Of a stretch of DNA of 64,000 nt, positions 1 to 11,123 are shown piece by piece. Origin of the DNA: Magallana gigas (Eukaryota); assembly GCF_963853765.1 (NCBI RefSeq), contig NC_088854.1:23374001-23438000 (forward strand), in the 5' to 3' direction. The position numbers and the translations under genes were made by a program. The notes under the pieces were generated by a model. The model was not told the DNA's origin. It did no database searches and saw only the letters and a list, made by a program, of their open reading frames with translations. Every line of letters starts with the position of its first letter. Position 1 is the stretch's first letter.

Positions 1-598
1 CCATTTGTTTGTGAAGATAGGTCACATATTAATTGATTTTAACAACCTATGAAGTAGCTAAAATTATAATTGTGAATAGCATTTACATGTTACCATTCTG
101 TTCTGTATAGATGACATGCAGAATTTAAAAATTCAGAAAATATTGTTGTTAGTACCTGTATCACATTTCTGTATAGAATTAAAGTTAACGTGGAAATTAT
201 AGAAACGAAGAATAACAATTCAGTACCTGAATAAATATTGATACACACATTGCTGATGTTAGTATTTTGACTCAACATCCATTGAATTGCAGATCTTTGA
301 AGATATAATAAACAAGGAATGCGTTATCATCTTGAACTTGTTATTTATTTAGTATCCAGGATTCTGTTTGTGGCAGTTTGTTTTGGATGGAAGTTTTTTT
401 TTCTTGTAAGTGGTATTGGTACATTGAATGAGATTTTTATATCTATAGTCTTGATGTTTAGGACTACAGTAGGTGCGTGATGATGTGTTTTCGCGTTTTG
501 TTGACGTCAACCTCTGGTTACGTCTTTAGACTTTTCAAATCGCATATGATAGATGTAAGGTAAGAAAATAATTATTTATTTACTGTTATAGGGAAATG

Positions 599-846
599 CA
601 TGCACGGATCTAGAGGAGTTAGGGTCCCAAATTTAAATTAATTTGAATTTTCCTTGTGAGGTGTCCGGAACCCCCCCCCCCCCCCCCCCCCCATCCAGCC
701 CCCTTCAAATTTATTAAATTCACATTTACGTACATTTATATAAAAAAATAATAAATTCAACGTTATTGACAAAATCCTCGTACCCCCTGGCAAAAACAAA
801 TAAACCTTGCCCCCTCCCCCTGAAAAAAAATTCTGGATCCGCACAG
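599..846. mobile_element. Short MITE-like repeat with CATGCGCGGATC-type terminal inverted repeats and an internal poly-C run
   Basis: Ends CATGCACGGATC and GATCCGCACAG. Related copies at 16247-16424 and, 3' end only, at ~51385-51450. Confidence 0.65.
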
Positions 847-1395
847 GAGATGTGTTATGTATTATATTTGATTGTAGGCTACACGAATAGACATGCCTTG
901 AACACCCAGTCCAATTTGGGCTCACTGTCACTGTTTGAATGTAAGAGACGTTTCACAGTAAGTTGACTTTTCAGAAGAAATAACTTTCCACACAAAAATC
1001 AAGAAGGGAAAATATATATAACTGTTGCCATTTTTAACATACATGTAAAAAGAAAAGATGAAAAATGAAGAATAATTCATGTTTTCCATTCGTTTGTAAG
1101 GTGTTTTTAACATAGAACCAAGTAAAAACGTTAAAATGACGTTGCGATGAGTTTGTGGTTGCGCCGAGTCATTGGAAGTAGGCAACTTTGTTAGCTTACC
1201 ACGAATGAAAAAATAATATGTTATTAACTTCAAAATTTGTACATTAATAAATGACATACTGGTTATTTTCTGGTGAAATTTCAATGATTTTCTCGTATAT
1301 ATGACAAAAATTCATTTATAGTCTGTTCCATGTTAGATTATCATCATTTTCTGCTGAATTTTCACCAGAAAACACCGGCATAACGTGTTACCACT

Positions 1396-1971
1396 CAAAG
1401 AAGTACATGTACAATTGAAATCGATACAAGGGGACAAAATCCAAAACTTCTTCATAAACACTTCATCTATTTTTACCCTTAACAAATCTACATGAACGAA
1501 ATCAAATTTCTTACGGAGATTTATGATAATCGGGATCGACACCTCGCATATTTTTTCAACGTTATCATCCGGGGACTTTTTGTGTCGATTGCATGCAAAA
1601 TCCCCGTAGACTTTGATTAAAACCTAAGACCTTTCAAACCAGAAATCTGGACCTTTTTCATTCTGTGGTCTGTCCTAGGTAATTACTTCCCCCAACTTTT
1701 TGACTTTTAACGTAAATACACATACTTGTCAAAGAAGTAAAATTGAAATCGATATATAAGGTTGAGAATTCAAGATTTCTTCATTGAAAGTTTATCTATT
1801 TTTACCCGGTGAAATTAACATAAACAAAAACAAATTTCTTACGGAGATTTATAATGGGAAATGTTAACATCTTTTTTTCCGTTCGGAATTACTGGGAACG
1901 CATCGCACAATTTCTTAACGTTATCATCCGGGTGTTTTTATGTCTGCTGCAATTCAAAATCCCCGTAGACT
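1396..1971. repeat. Diverged direct repeat, two copies (1396-1612 and 1730-1971)
   Basis: Shared blocks in the same order: CAAAGAAGTA, AATTGAAATCGATA, ATCTATTTTTACCC, CAAATTTCTTACGGAGATTT, AACGTTATCATCCGGG, CAAAATCCCCGTAGACT. Confidence 0.75.
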
Positions 1972-2367
1972 CTCTATTTTTGGTTGTGTATTGAAGCCTG
2001 AAGTGGGAGAGGGGCGTTTCAAAAATATACGTAGTTTGAGCACTAAGATCTGAATATTAAGCAAAAAGTTGTGAAAGCAGAAACATAGGACATAGTATAA
2101 GAAATGAACATCAAGTTTACCAGGATATGAACTTGGTTGGTCACGTAATCAAATCCTGTGAAACTCGGAGGCAAAACGCAAAAAGACCGGTAAGTAATAA
2201 ACCATAGGGGCTCGGTTGCCAGACTGTAGAGTTCTTTATCATTTGTTCCCAAGGACAAAAATGATGAAAATGAGTAATCTTAAGTATATTTTTGTGTATT
2301 GGATTAAAAATGTTCACTGAAAACTCATGTTTTAATCATGTAAGAAAAGTGTAATCAATGTAAATTA

Positions 2368-3655
2368 AAACAAGAGGCCCATGTGCCACATCGCTCACCC
2401 GAGCAACAATAGCCTTAACGCTGGTCAACTCGGCATTGCAGTAACTGTCTCAAAATCAAAATATCCTGACAACTACACTGTAAGTACAGCAGATCTTGCT
2501 TAAAAAAAAATATCAAAAATCTGTTGATTTTTATCCACATATTTTTTGGTAAATACCAAGCCCCTTTTGTTGTTTTAGTATTAGTAAGAAGAATTTCTCT
2601 ATTCTTATATAACATCCCCCCGCCCCCATCCCCCACAATCCCCACCCCCCCCCCCCTATTTTTCTCTAGGGAATCGTGATTTGATCAAACTTTATTCTGC
2701 ACAACCTGTGCTTTTACAAACGTTACTGCATTTTGGACTGAATACTTTTCCAGATTATTTTTAAAGATTTTTCTCTATACCTTCCTATTTAAAGATTTAA
2801 TCCCACCACCCCCATTGTGGCCCCATCATACTCCGGGGATCATGATTTGAACAAACTTGAATCTACACTATTTGAGGATGCTTCAACACAAGTTAAGTTT
2901 TTCCGGGCAAATGGTTTTTGAGAGGAAGATTTTTAAAGATTTTCTCTATATATCCCTAATATGTAAAAATTAGCCCCCACCCCCCGCCCGCCATGGTGGC
3001 CCGACCCTACCCCGAGGGATCATGATTTAAACTTACTTGAATTTACACTTTCAAGGATGCTTCCGCTCAAAATAGAGCTTTTCTGGCTTAATAGTTTTTA
3101 GAAGAAGATTTTTAAACATTTTCTCTATATATTCCTATGTAAAAATTAATCCCCCTCAATGTTGCCCCATCATTCAACAAAGACCATAATTTAAACAAAT
3201 TTGAATCTACACTATCTGAGGATGCTTCCAAACAAGTTAAAGCATTTCTAGTCAAATAGTTTTTTAGAAGAAAATTTTTAAAGATTGTCTCTATATTTTC
3301 CCATATAAAACTTGATCCTCCAATGTGGCCTCACCCTACCCCAGGACCATTATTTGAACATACCTACAACACTACCTTAGGATGCATCCACACAAGTTTA
3401 AGCTTTTCTGGCATAATAGTTTTAAGAAGATTTCTAAAGATTCTCTCTATATATTCCTATGTAAAAATCCATATCACATTGTGGCCCCACCCTACCCCTG
3501 GGGACCATGATTTGAACAAACTTGAATTTACACTACCCGAGGATGCTTCCATACAACTTTCAGCTTTTTGGGGCATAAAAACTTTTTAGAAGAAGATTTT
3601 TTAAAAGTACAAACAAAATCTTAATAATTCTAAATTATCTCCCCTTTTAATAGGG

Positions 3656-3686
<31 letters not shown>

Positions 3687-3698
3687 TCTTCACCCAGT

Positions 3699-3758
<60 letters not shown>

Positions 3759-3853
3759 GTGAAAAGTTTACAACAACGACAACGACGATCGACAGACATA
3801 CAAATTTTGATCAGAAAATCTCACTCGAGCTTTCAGCTCAGGTGAGCGAAAAA
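2368..3853 (+). mobile_element. Non-autonomous Helentron-type element (HINE) carrying ~5.5 Cg170/HindIII-like satellite monomers
   Basis: Starts AAACAAGAGGCCC. Subterminal inverted repeats TCGCTCACCCGAGC (2391-2404) and GCTCAGGTGAGCGA (3836-3849), 1 mismatch. Monomer marker GATTTGAACAAACTTGAAT recurs at ~2678, 2844, 3024, 3188, 3351, 3509 (spacing 158-180). This architecture is known from Pacific oyster. Confidence 0.9.
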
Positions 3854-4595
3854 GTAAGTTATAATCAAACTGCAGGGAGTGACCAACCAAGTTCATATCC
3901 AAGTAATAGCGAGCGCACCTCGCACAGCGCCGGCGAGCGAAGCGAGCTCTAAGAACCAGTGTGCGCGGGAAAAAGAACGAGCTAAACCTACAGTTCATCA
4001 AACAAAATTTTTTGTCAACGTCCCATAATGCTCTCTAATGTTTTCACCCGTGGTGCTATGCCAAAATTGGCCGACTTTTAACTCGTAATTTACAGTGACT
4101 TACAGTTTGAAGACACGTTTTGAGTACCGCATATGCTCTGACGAGACTCAACAAGATTTGTTACATGCTTCCATACCTCCGTATTGAGTCGAGAAACGTA
4201 AACAAAGACGAACAAAGTCATGGATGACGTCACAGTGCACTCGCGCTATATTTCCCGCGATAAATTTAGAGGTGGATCAAACATCTGTAATGCGTGTACT
4301 AGCTATTTCAGTATAGACTGCGATACCTGCCTCATTGACATATGATTTGTTTTTATTTTTTTTTTAATATACCGATTTTATGTATATATATTAGCAAGAG
4401 CCATAATTTACTGTCATATCGATCCATTTCAAGCTAATTGTGCATGCATAAGTAGGGAGGAAATAAACAATAAGACATTTTGAACTAAATGAAAAGGAAT
4501 AAAATGAAAAATAAACAGTTAAAAAAATTATGTAGATATTGCATATAGTCAGACCATTAAATTTAAAAGTGGGAAATTACACACATACAAACAGG

Positions 4596-4598
<3 letters not shown>

Positions 4599-4668
<70 letters not shown>
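4599..4668. repeat. (CT)35 microsatellite
   Basis: Direct reading. Confidence 0.98.
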
Positions 4669-4670
<2 letters not shown>

Positions 4671-6693
4671 GAAGGGGGTTGCGCTGTATGTATCATAACC
4701 ATTAAAATTAGTACATTTGGCATACTTATTGTAGAGCAATACTCTCTCAAAAATTCTTTGACGTTCGTTGATACCTAAATAAAACTATAAGTTGACAATG
4801 ATGCAAGGTATGTGTAATTCTTGTTGCGCTCGCCAGAACGGTAGCACCGTAAAACATATTATTTTTACAATACTATTTATTCTTACATTTAGACATGTGT
4901 TGCGTTTAAAAATTTTGCGTGTTAACCAGTTTATTTAATTCAAGTAGCCAGTATGGAGCGAGTTCCATACTGCAGTAATTATGATAAAATTGTTGCAGAA
5001 ATGGGCCACCGTATTATTCACGGTTGTCGTGAAATTGGTTGTTTAATTCGTTTAAATTGCATCTTCCTCTCAGCTATTGCACAATCTATCCATTTTCTAT
5101 GAATGTTTATACCCTTTGAATAATCATTATTCGAAGTTTATTTCAAAATAGTTGTTGTTTGAAATGTAAACAACCGATGTCGTAAACCGGAAAAATAACA
5201 ATGTTATTGGCCTACATTGGCATTGAGCACGTGCAGGAGGAATGATAGAAAACTGGGCTATTATGTCATGTTACGTTCACTTATCATGTTAAAATTGCCC
5301 GTTTGTCTCATTCTTCGGGGAACTTTGGGAAATTAATTGGACTTTGTATATTGGCATATGGAGGTAATGTTTTAATTTTGCTCATCATAGGTTACCATGT
5401 CTGCATGCTTATCATAAACATTAGTTTAGCACGATGTTGATTGCAAACCATCACGAATTTCAGTTTCATTTAACACGTGATAGGTAAGCCAAGTTTATGA
5501 TCTCGTTCTCCCTCTTTAGTAAAAAAAGCATTGTCGGTCTAAATTTGTCAGCTGTTTTTGTTGATAAAAAAATAGGTGATGGCAGAATTTAGTAAGTAAA
5601 TTTGATTTTCCAGTAAATGAACTATAGATATAATAAATATTAAATAAGTTGCATGTGCAATTATATATTCTATAAATCTGTTAAATTAAATTATTCCTTT
5701 CATTTATGTATTTCTATCAAGGGTGGGGGTCACAGATTTGATTGTGTCTTGCAAGGTATAATGAATGGTTTCACAATGTTATCAGCGCAGGTATTTCAAC
5801 AATGTCTATTAAAATGCGTATATCTTGAATTGTTTTCCTATATTCAAGCAGTTAAAGCTTGATTTATATGATTTTGCACTTATGCTTATACTTTTATGTA
5901 CATTGTTAGGTACATAAAATTTTTATGTGTTAAATAAATGTTAGTAGTACATGGCACTATATAATTTAATAATAGCTAGGTCAAACATTGGGACATGATA
6001 TTTGGGTTTATATTATGCTATCTAACCAATGTCAATATGTAGGTCAAGTAAACCTCAGATTGGATTCCCAAATATATTTACATTTCACTTTTGACAAGTT
6101 TAAATTGATATCTTTGGTCATGCAGGTCTTTTTGAAGCTAGTCCAACTATAACATGTTACATGTATGTATAGTTCCGTAGAATTAGACATTAAAAAACTT
6201 TTTCCAGTTTTATTTGCACCAAAAAGATTGGACCAACTTCTTTTTTTTTTTTTTCTTTTTTTAAGTATTGACGTTAGATTCTTTAGTACAATCCTTATTT
6301 ATGTAAATACTTTTAAAATTCTGCAATTCCACTTTTTATATCAAATAACTATGTGTGCTGGTTTTTTTTTTCTTTGGGGGGGGGGGGGGGGGGGTTATCT
6401 TGAATAACATATTGTTCACAACTTGTAAATATAATAGCAAAATTTTAAAACTCCACAAAGGATGCTTTTCTTAATTTTGTCAGATTTAATTCCCCGCTTA
6501 ATTTTTATAAGGAATCTACCCAAATCTTCGTTACCATTATTACAGTAAAAGGGATCATTTATTGAGATAGACATTTAGAAAAACGGCTTTCTTGAGTAAA
6601 TCACACTAATGTTTGCATTCTATGGTCAAGGGAGAGTGCTACAGTAACCAGTATTTTAAACTCTTTTAACAACAAATTATACAAAACTTACCA

Positions 6694-7662
6694 GCAGGTC
6701 TGTAGCTCCTGGTCTGAAAAAACAAGATATCTGTGAGCCAATGCTCACTAGTGATACCCCCGCTCTGATGTGAATATGCAAAATAAGCAAAGTTGACATT
6801 CAACAGAAAGCTGGCATCCGATTGGTACAAAAATACATCCCACGATATAGCATGCCTAAACAAATAGTGTGTAAAAATTTCAAGCATCTGCGATAAATAG
6901 CTGCTGAGAAATCTTTGAGGAAAATTTGTTTGAAAATTTTTGCTAAAAATAAACAGTCGTCATTTAACAAGAAATTGACGTCTGATTGGTACAAAAATAT
7001 ATCCAACGATATGGCATGCCTATACATGTACAAATATTGTGTAAAAATTTCAAGCAGCTGCGATAAATAGTTGCTGAGAAATCTTTGACGAAAATTTGTT
7101 TGAAAATTTTGGTTAAAAAATAAGCAAAGTCGTCATTTAACAGGAAGTTGATGTCTGATTGGTACAAAAATATATCCCACGATATGGCATGCCTTAACAA
7201 ACACTGTGTAAAAATTTCAAGCATCTGCCATAAATAGTTGCTGAGATAAATGTGACAGAAATTTTCGTTACGGACAGACAGACAGACAGACACACAAGGG
7301 TAAAACAGTATACCCCCGCTCCATAACCAGCCCCGTAAATTAAAGTCATGCAGTTTGTTTACATGTGAAAATGGCAACTCTCGATCTCAATGTAAATTTA
7401 ACATTTGATTTTCCGAGGTTGGTAGCATGTTCCAGAGAAAGTCTGAGGCATGCTGCAAGTACAGAGAAAAAAAAAAGTAAATTGCATGAAGAATTTAATG
7501 GTACAATTGTTTTCTCAGAATTTGCGTATAAATAAGGTTAATCAGTCCAAAACTAGGGCAAGTTTTTGTGCACAATAAATATACAATTTTTTAATGGGTG
7601 GCACTGTACCTCCCAGGTTTTCCATCCAAATTTTTTCAGGCCGGAAGCTACAGACCTTCAGC
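6694..7662. mobile_element. TA-flanked TIR MITE (GCTGCAGGTCTGTAGCTCC ends) interrupted by a HINE
   Basis: Left end remnant at 6694-6719 and right end ...GAAGCTACAGACCTTCAGC-TA at 7662. Segment ~7345-7662 aligns with ~44563-44860 of an uninterrupted copy. Confidence 0.7.
6720..7325 (+). mobile_element. Second HINE-like family with ~3 internal tandem units of 167-170 bp
   Basis: Starts AAACAAGATATC. GTAAAAATTTCAAGCA recurs at 6871, 7041, 7208. (GACA)n tract at ~7273-7291. ATACCCCCGCTC is present near both ends. Confidence 0.8.
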
Positions 7663-7889
7663 TATACAAAATTATTTTGATTTAGCCGGATTAGTCTGCA
7701 TAGCACCATTAAGTATGTTCTGAAACTCCAGGCATCCACAACTTAATTCATACAAACATTTTAAATTACATGCAGTTGTAAAGGCACCAAAGAAGTAGAA
7801 AAAAAATCTACATGGGGAAATCAGGTGGGTTTTTTTTCAAAGGGATATATAATTCTTATTGGTTTTTGTTTCCAGATATTCCAGTTCCC

Positions 7890-9260
7890 ATGGACTTATT
7901 TGGAGGGACATGGAGAGACAGTGCTCAAAAGCAAGAAAACCAGCTGGATTTGGGGGAGGAGTTGTTGGAAGCAATATGGTGCAACAACCCGGCTGAAGTT
8001 TCCAAGCTGATAGATGATGGTGCTGATTTGAATAAAATAGGAATTATCTTCCAAGATGAACCTACATCACCCTTGAGTTTAGCATGCAAAATGGGTCATG
8101 TGGATGTTGTAAAGATTCTTATTCAGAAAAAGGTGGATTTAAACATGTCTGGACATGATGGCAAGACTGCTCTTCATTACACATGTGAAGGAGATGAGAG
8201 AAGGGATGAAAAGAAAGAAGATTTATTGGAGATCTTGAAGTTACTCATCAAAAATGGTGCTAATATGGAGGCCATGAACAACATGGGATGTACACCACTT
8301 TTTTCTGCATGTGAAGTGGATGATGTAGACATGGTTAAGCTTTTGGTTCAATCTAGCTGCAAAGTGAATGTGCAGTCGATGAATGGAGACTCGCCAATGA
8401 AGGTTGCTTGCAGGAATGCAAAGTTTTGGACGTACTGGCATAGTAGGGAAATGTCTGTGAACAGTGCTCAGAGTGATCCAAATTACTTTCCACCAGTTCA
8501 AATAACTAAGATATTACTTCATGCGAGTGCTGACATAACTGAGGCCACCCTTCTTCCAACAGCAGTCCAGTTTGGTGACCTGACTCTTGTCAAAGAACTA
8601 ATCGACCTTGGCATGGACATTAACATGCTGGATGACAACATGTGCACACCTCTAGGATCAGCCTGCTCCTGTGTTAATGTGAAAACAGAAGTGGTAAAAC
8701 TACTTCTGGATCACGGGGCTGATGTAAACAGAGGAGGGGGGTGGAAGAAGCAGAAGCCAATCATTTTCGCTTACGTCCATAACTCTGTGAATAAAATCAA
8801 ACTTTTGTTGTCATTTGGAGCTACGCTGACCAGGGAAGAGATGACTAATTTAGTCTCCCTTTCCTTTTCAAAATCCATTTTGGAAAATCCAGAAGTCATT
8901 ACGCCATGGAGCAAGGAGCTTATGTCTTGGAACTTGTTGTTAGATGCAGGTTTTACCCCAATAGATAATGACCCTGTTCTTGCCAATAAGATTGATCAAC
9001 TACGCCTCTGCAGCAGCTTTGATAAAATCAATCCATGGGTTTGGGATATGATATTTCCAATGAGGTCCCTGAAAAGCCTTTGTCGCATTGTAATCAGAAA
9101 CAGTTTGAGAAATTTTGTTAAAGACGTTGCTATAGAATTGCTTCCCTTGCCAACAGAAATCAAGAGATATCTGCAGCTGACAGAGTTTTCCTTGCCAGAA
9201 AAAGCTTCATCCAGTGAATCATTTGGTTCAAGGTCTCCAACCAAATCACCAAATCTTTGA
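7890..9260 (+). CDS. Ankyrin repeat and SOCS box protein (ASB-like), 456 aa, single coding exon
   Basis: Multiple ankyrin repeats (SPLSLACKMGH, TALHYTC, TPLFSAC, TPLGSAC, GADVN) and a C-terminal SOCS box (PMRSLKSLCRIVIR...LLPLPTEIKRYL). A splice acceptor TTTGTTTCCAG ends at 7875, so the ORF-track start at 7812 is probably intronic. Confidence 0.9.
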   Translation: MDLFGGTWRDSAQKQENQLDLGEELLEAIWCNNPAEVSKLIDDGADLNKIGIIFQDEPTSPLSLACKMGHVDVVKILIQKKVDLNMSGHDGKTALHYTCEGDERRDEKKEDLLEILKLLIKNGANMEAMNNMGCTPLFSACEVDDVDMVKLLVQSSCKVNVQSMNGDSPMKVACRNAKFWTYWHSREMSVNSAQSDPNYFPPVQITKILLHASADITEATLLPTAVQFGDLTLVKELIDLGMDINMLDDNMCTPLGSACSCVNVKTEVVKLLLDHGADVNRGGGWKKQKPIIFAYVHNSVNKIKLLLSFGATLTREEMTNLVSLSFSKSILENPEVITPWSKELMSWNLLLDAGFTPIDNDPVLANKIDQLRLCSSFDKINPWVWDMIFPMRSLKSLCRIVIRNSLRNFVKDVAIELLPLPTEIKRYLQLTEFSLPEKASSSESFGSRSPTKSPNL

Positions 9261-9915
9261 AATTTTGTGATAATTTACATTAATTGATAAACTGTTTATA
9301 TTATCAAAATGCTATATAAAGAATGAAACTGTATATTTAATACATTTGTGATCTCTAACTATTCAGTATTGTTTTAATATATGCTGTAAGTGCTTAAAGA
9401 TTTTATTTTTATTTACGATATATACCATATGATACAGTGAACTTATAAAATAAGATTATATAAAAAGGAAATTGTTTGAAGTACATAATACTTATGAATT
9501 ACTTTATTGGATATTTATAACACCTTTCTATATTACTGTTTAGTCAGCTTATGTTTTAAAAAATATCAAATACCAAAAGTTGTCTTTCTTGTTTTGTAGA
9601 CTAGAAATAGTCTAAAGAGCCAAGACATATTCATGATGCTTAGATTTGATTTGTGGAATTTAAAATGATTTTTAAATCTTTAAAATATGATGATTTTCAT
9701 TATTAATGAGAAATCCATAGCGCTGAATTCAAAAGACCAATCATGCAATAATATTTGCTATACTGTAATGATGATTGATTATAAGTTACTGTTTTTTGCT
9801 CCTCTTCAGAAGAAAAAATGTGCATAACTTTCCTTTAAATCATTATACTCCACACTGTCTGTGCATTTTGTTTTAAGCATATTACTTTTTTGTAGTATTC
9901 AATAACCCTATATTT

Positions 9916-10234
9916 TTAAAGGTATGCGGCACCTAAATACATGTATTGTGACATACTTCCTATAGAAATAATAAAATCAAGTATAATTTTATTGAATATT
10001 CTCTCAAAATTGCTAACAACTTAGTGCAATGAGATATAGCATTAACTATACACTAATTTGTAAGTCAGGAATTTGAATCCCGCTGGGGATTTTACAATTT
10101 TTACCGTTTAAATTTTTTTTAAACATTTTTTTGGTTTAATATTGCATTTGAAAATTCTAAAGTGGTAAAAGTAATTTGATTATAATGTTCTTTTATCCAC
10201 ATTAGTATCAGCAGGTGTCCCATACCATTTTTAA
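9916..10234 (+). mobile_element. TTAA-flanked MITE with a tRNA-like internal segment
   Basis: Ends TTAAAGGTATGCGGCACCT and AGGTGTCCCATACCATTTTTAA. Internal GTAAGTCAGGAATTTGAATCCCGCTGGGG. Related to ~24950-25159. Confidence 0.65.
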
Positions 10235-10252
10235 AAAAAGGGTCCTATTCCG

Positions 10253-10327
10253 CTAGCGAAGGGTTTTCGGTCCTCTCCACTCCCCATAATTTATGGGGAG
10301 CGGAGATGACCGAAAAGCCTCGGCTAG
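10253..10327. repeat. 75-bp foldback hairpin
   Basis: 37-nt arms, 5 mismatches, 1-nt loop. GCTAGCGAAG is repeated directly at 10252-10261 and 10323-10332. Confidence 0.9.
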
Positions 10328-11123
10328 CGAAGATTGTCATAATCAGTTTTGACAAATATTATAAATAAGGAGTATGTATAGTTTTTGCCGGGTTACGTTT
10401 AAAAGATGTTGTTAAAATGATTGTTTATGCCTTTAATATTGTGTATTCCATAAATAATTTAGATTTAGGTCTGATTTTTTTTTTTTGGCGGCGGGGGCTT
10501 ATACCGGAAATTTCCATTAATTAAATGGTAGAAAAAAATAATCAAACAGTTAATCGGTGGCAACGAAATAAAAATTATCATCAAAATAAGAACCTATAGG
10601 TAATGTATAGGTAAGTTAATACTGCGAACGTTTTGCATAATGCATTTTTCTAACTGTCATATTTCGGATAAAATTGATCTTTTGTCGTTTCAAAATAGGG
10701 GCATTCCTCACTTGGCTCCATTACTCTACGCCCATGTAATGTGTGGGTATAAAAAGTACCTTTTATTCAGATAATGAAAAAAAATTAGCAATAAATATAA
10801 AAAGAGATAACTATATGTAGTTGAACATTACAAGTGCCAATGTCGCGTTTTAAAATCCCTTTCATTAACAAAGGTAACAAAGCGGAAGGGCAGATCAAAG
10901 AACGTATGTTTGGGGTGTTCAACTTACATCTGCAAGAAAAACAAATGGGAACGTACGTACATAATGAAGTTTTGCTGTCACCTATCTGGACAATAATTGT
11001 CCGGAACCAATTGATCCCCAACTTATTAACCGCTACATTAAACTAATAATTAACAAAACTGATTGAGGGAGGGAACCGGGGTCTTTCGGTATAGGGTCAA
11101 GCAGCATTTTCATTGACACAGAG

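Noticed and set aside
4539-4778. 79-aa ORF with a poly-(LS) run
   Set aside because: It is a translation of the (CT)35 microsatellite.
6666-7377. Three overlapping minus-strand ORFs with repeated peptides
   Set aside because: They are read-throughs of the 167-170-bp tandem units of a non-autonomous element, with no domain signature.
7812-7889. N-terminal 26 codons of the 482-aa ORF
   Set aside because: They run through a pyrimidine-rich tract and an AG acceptor at 7875, and the peptide looks non-coding. The ATG at 7890 is more plausible.
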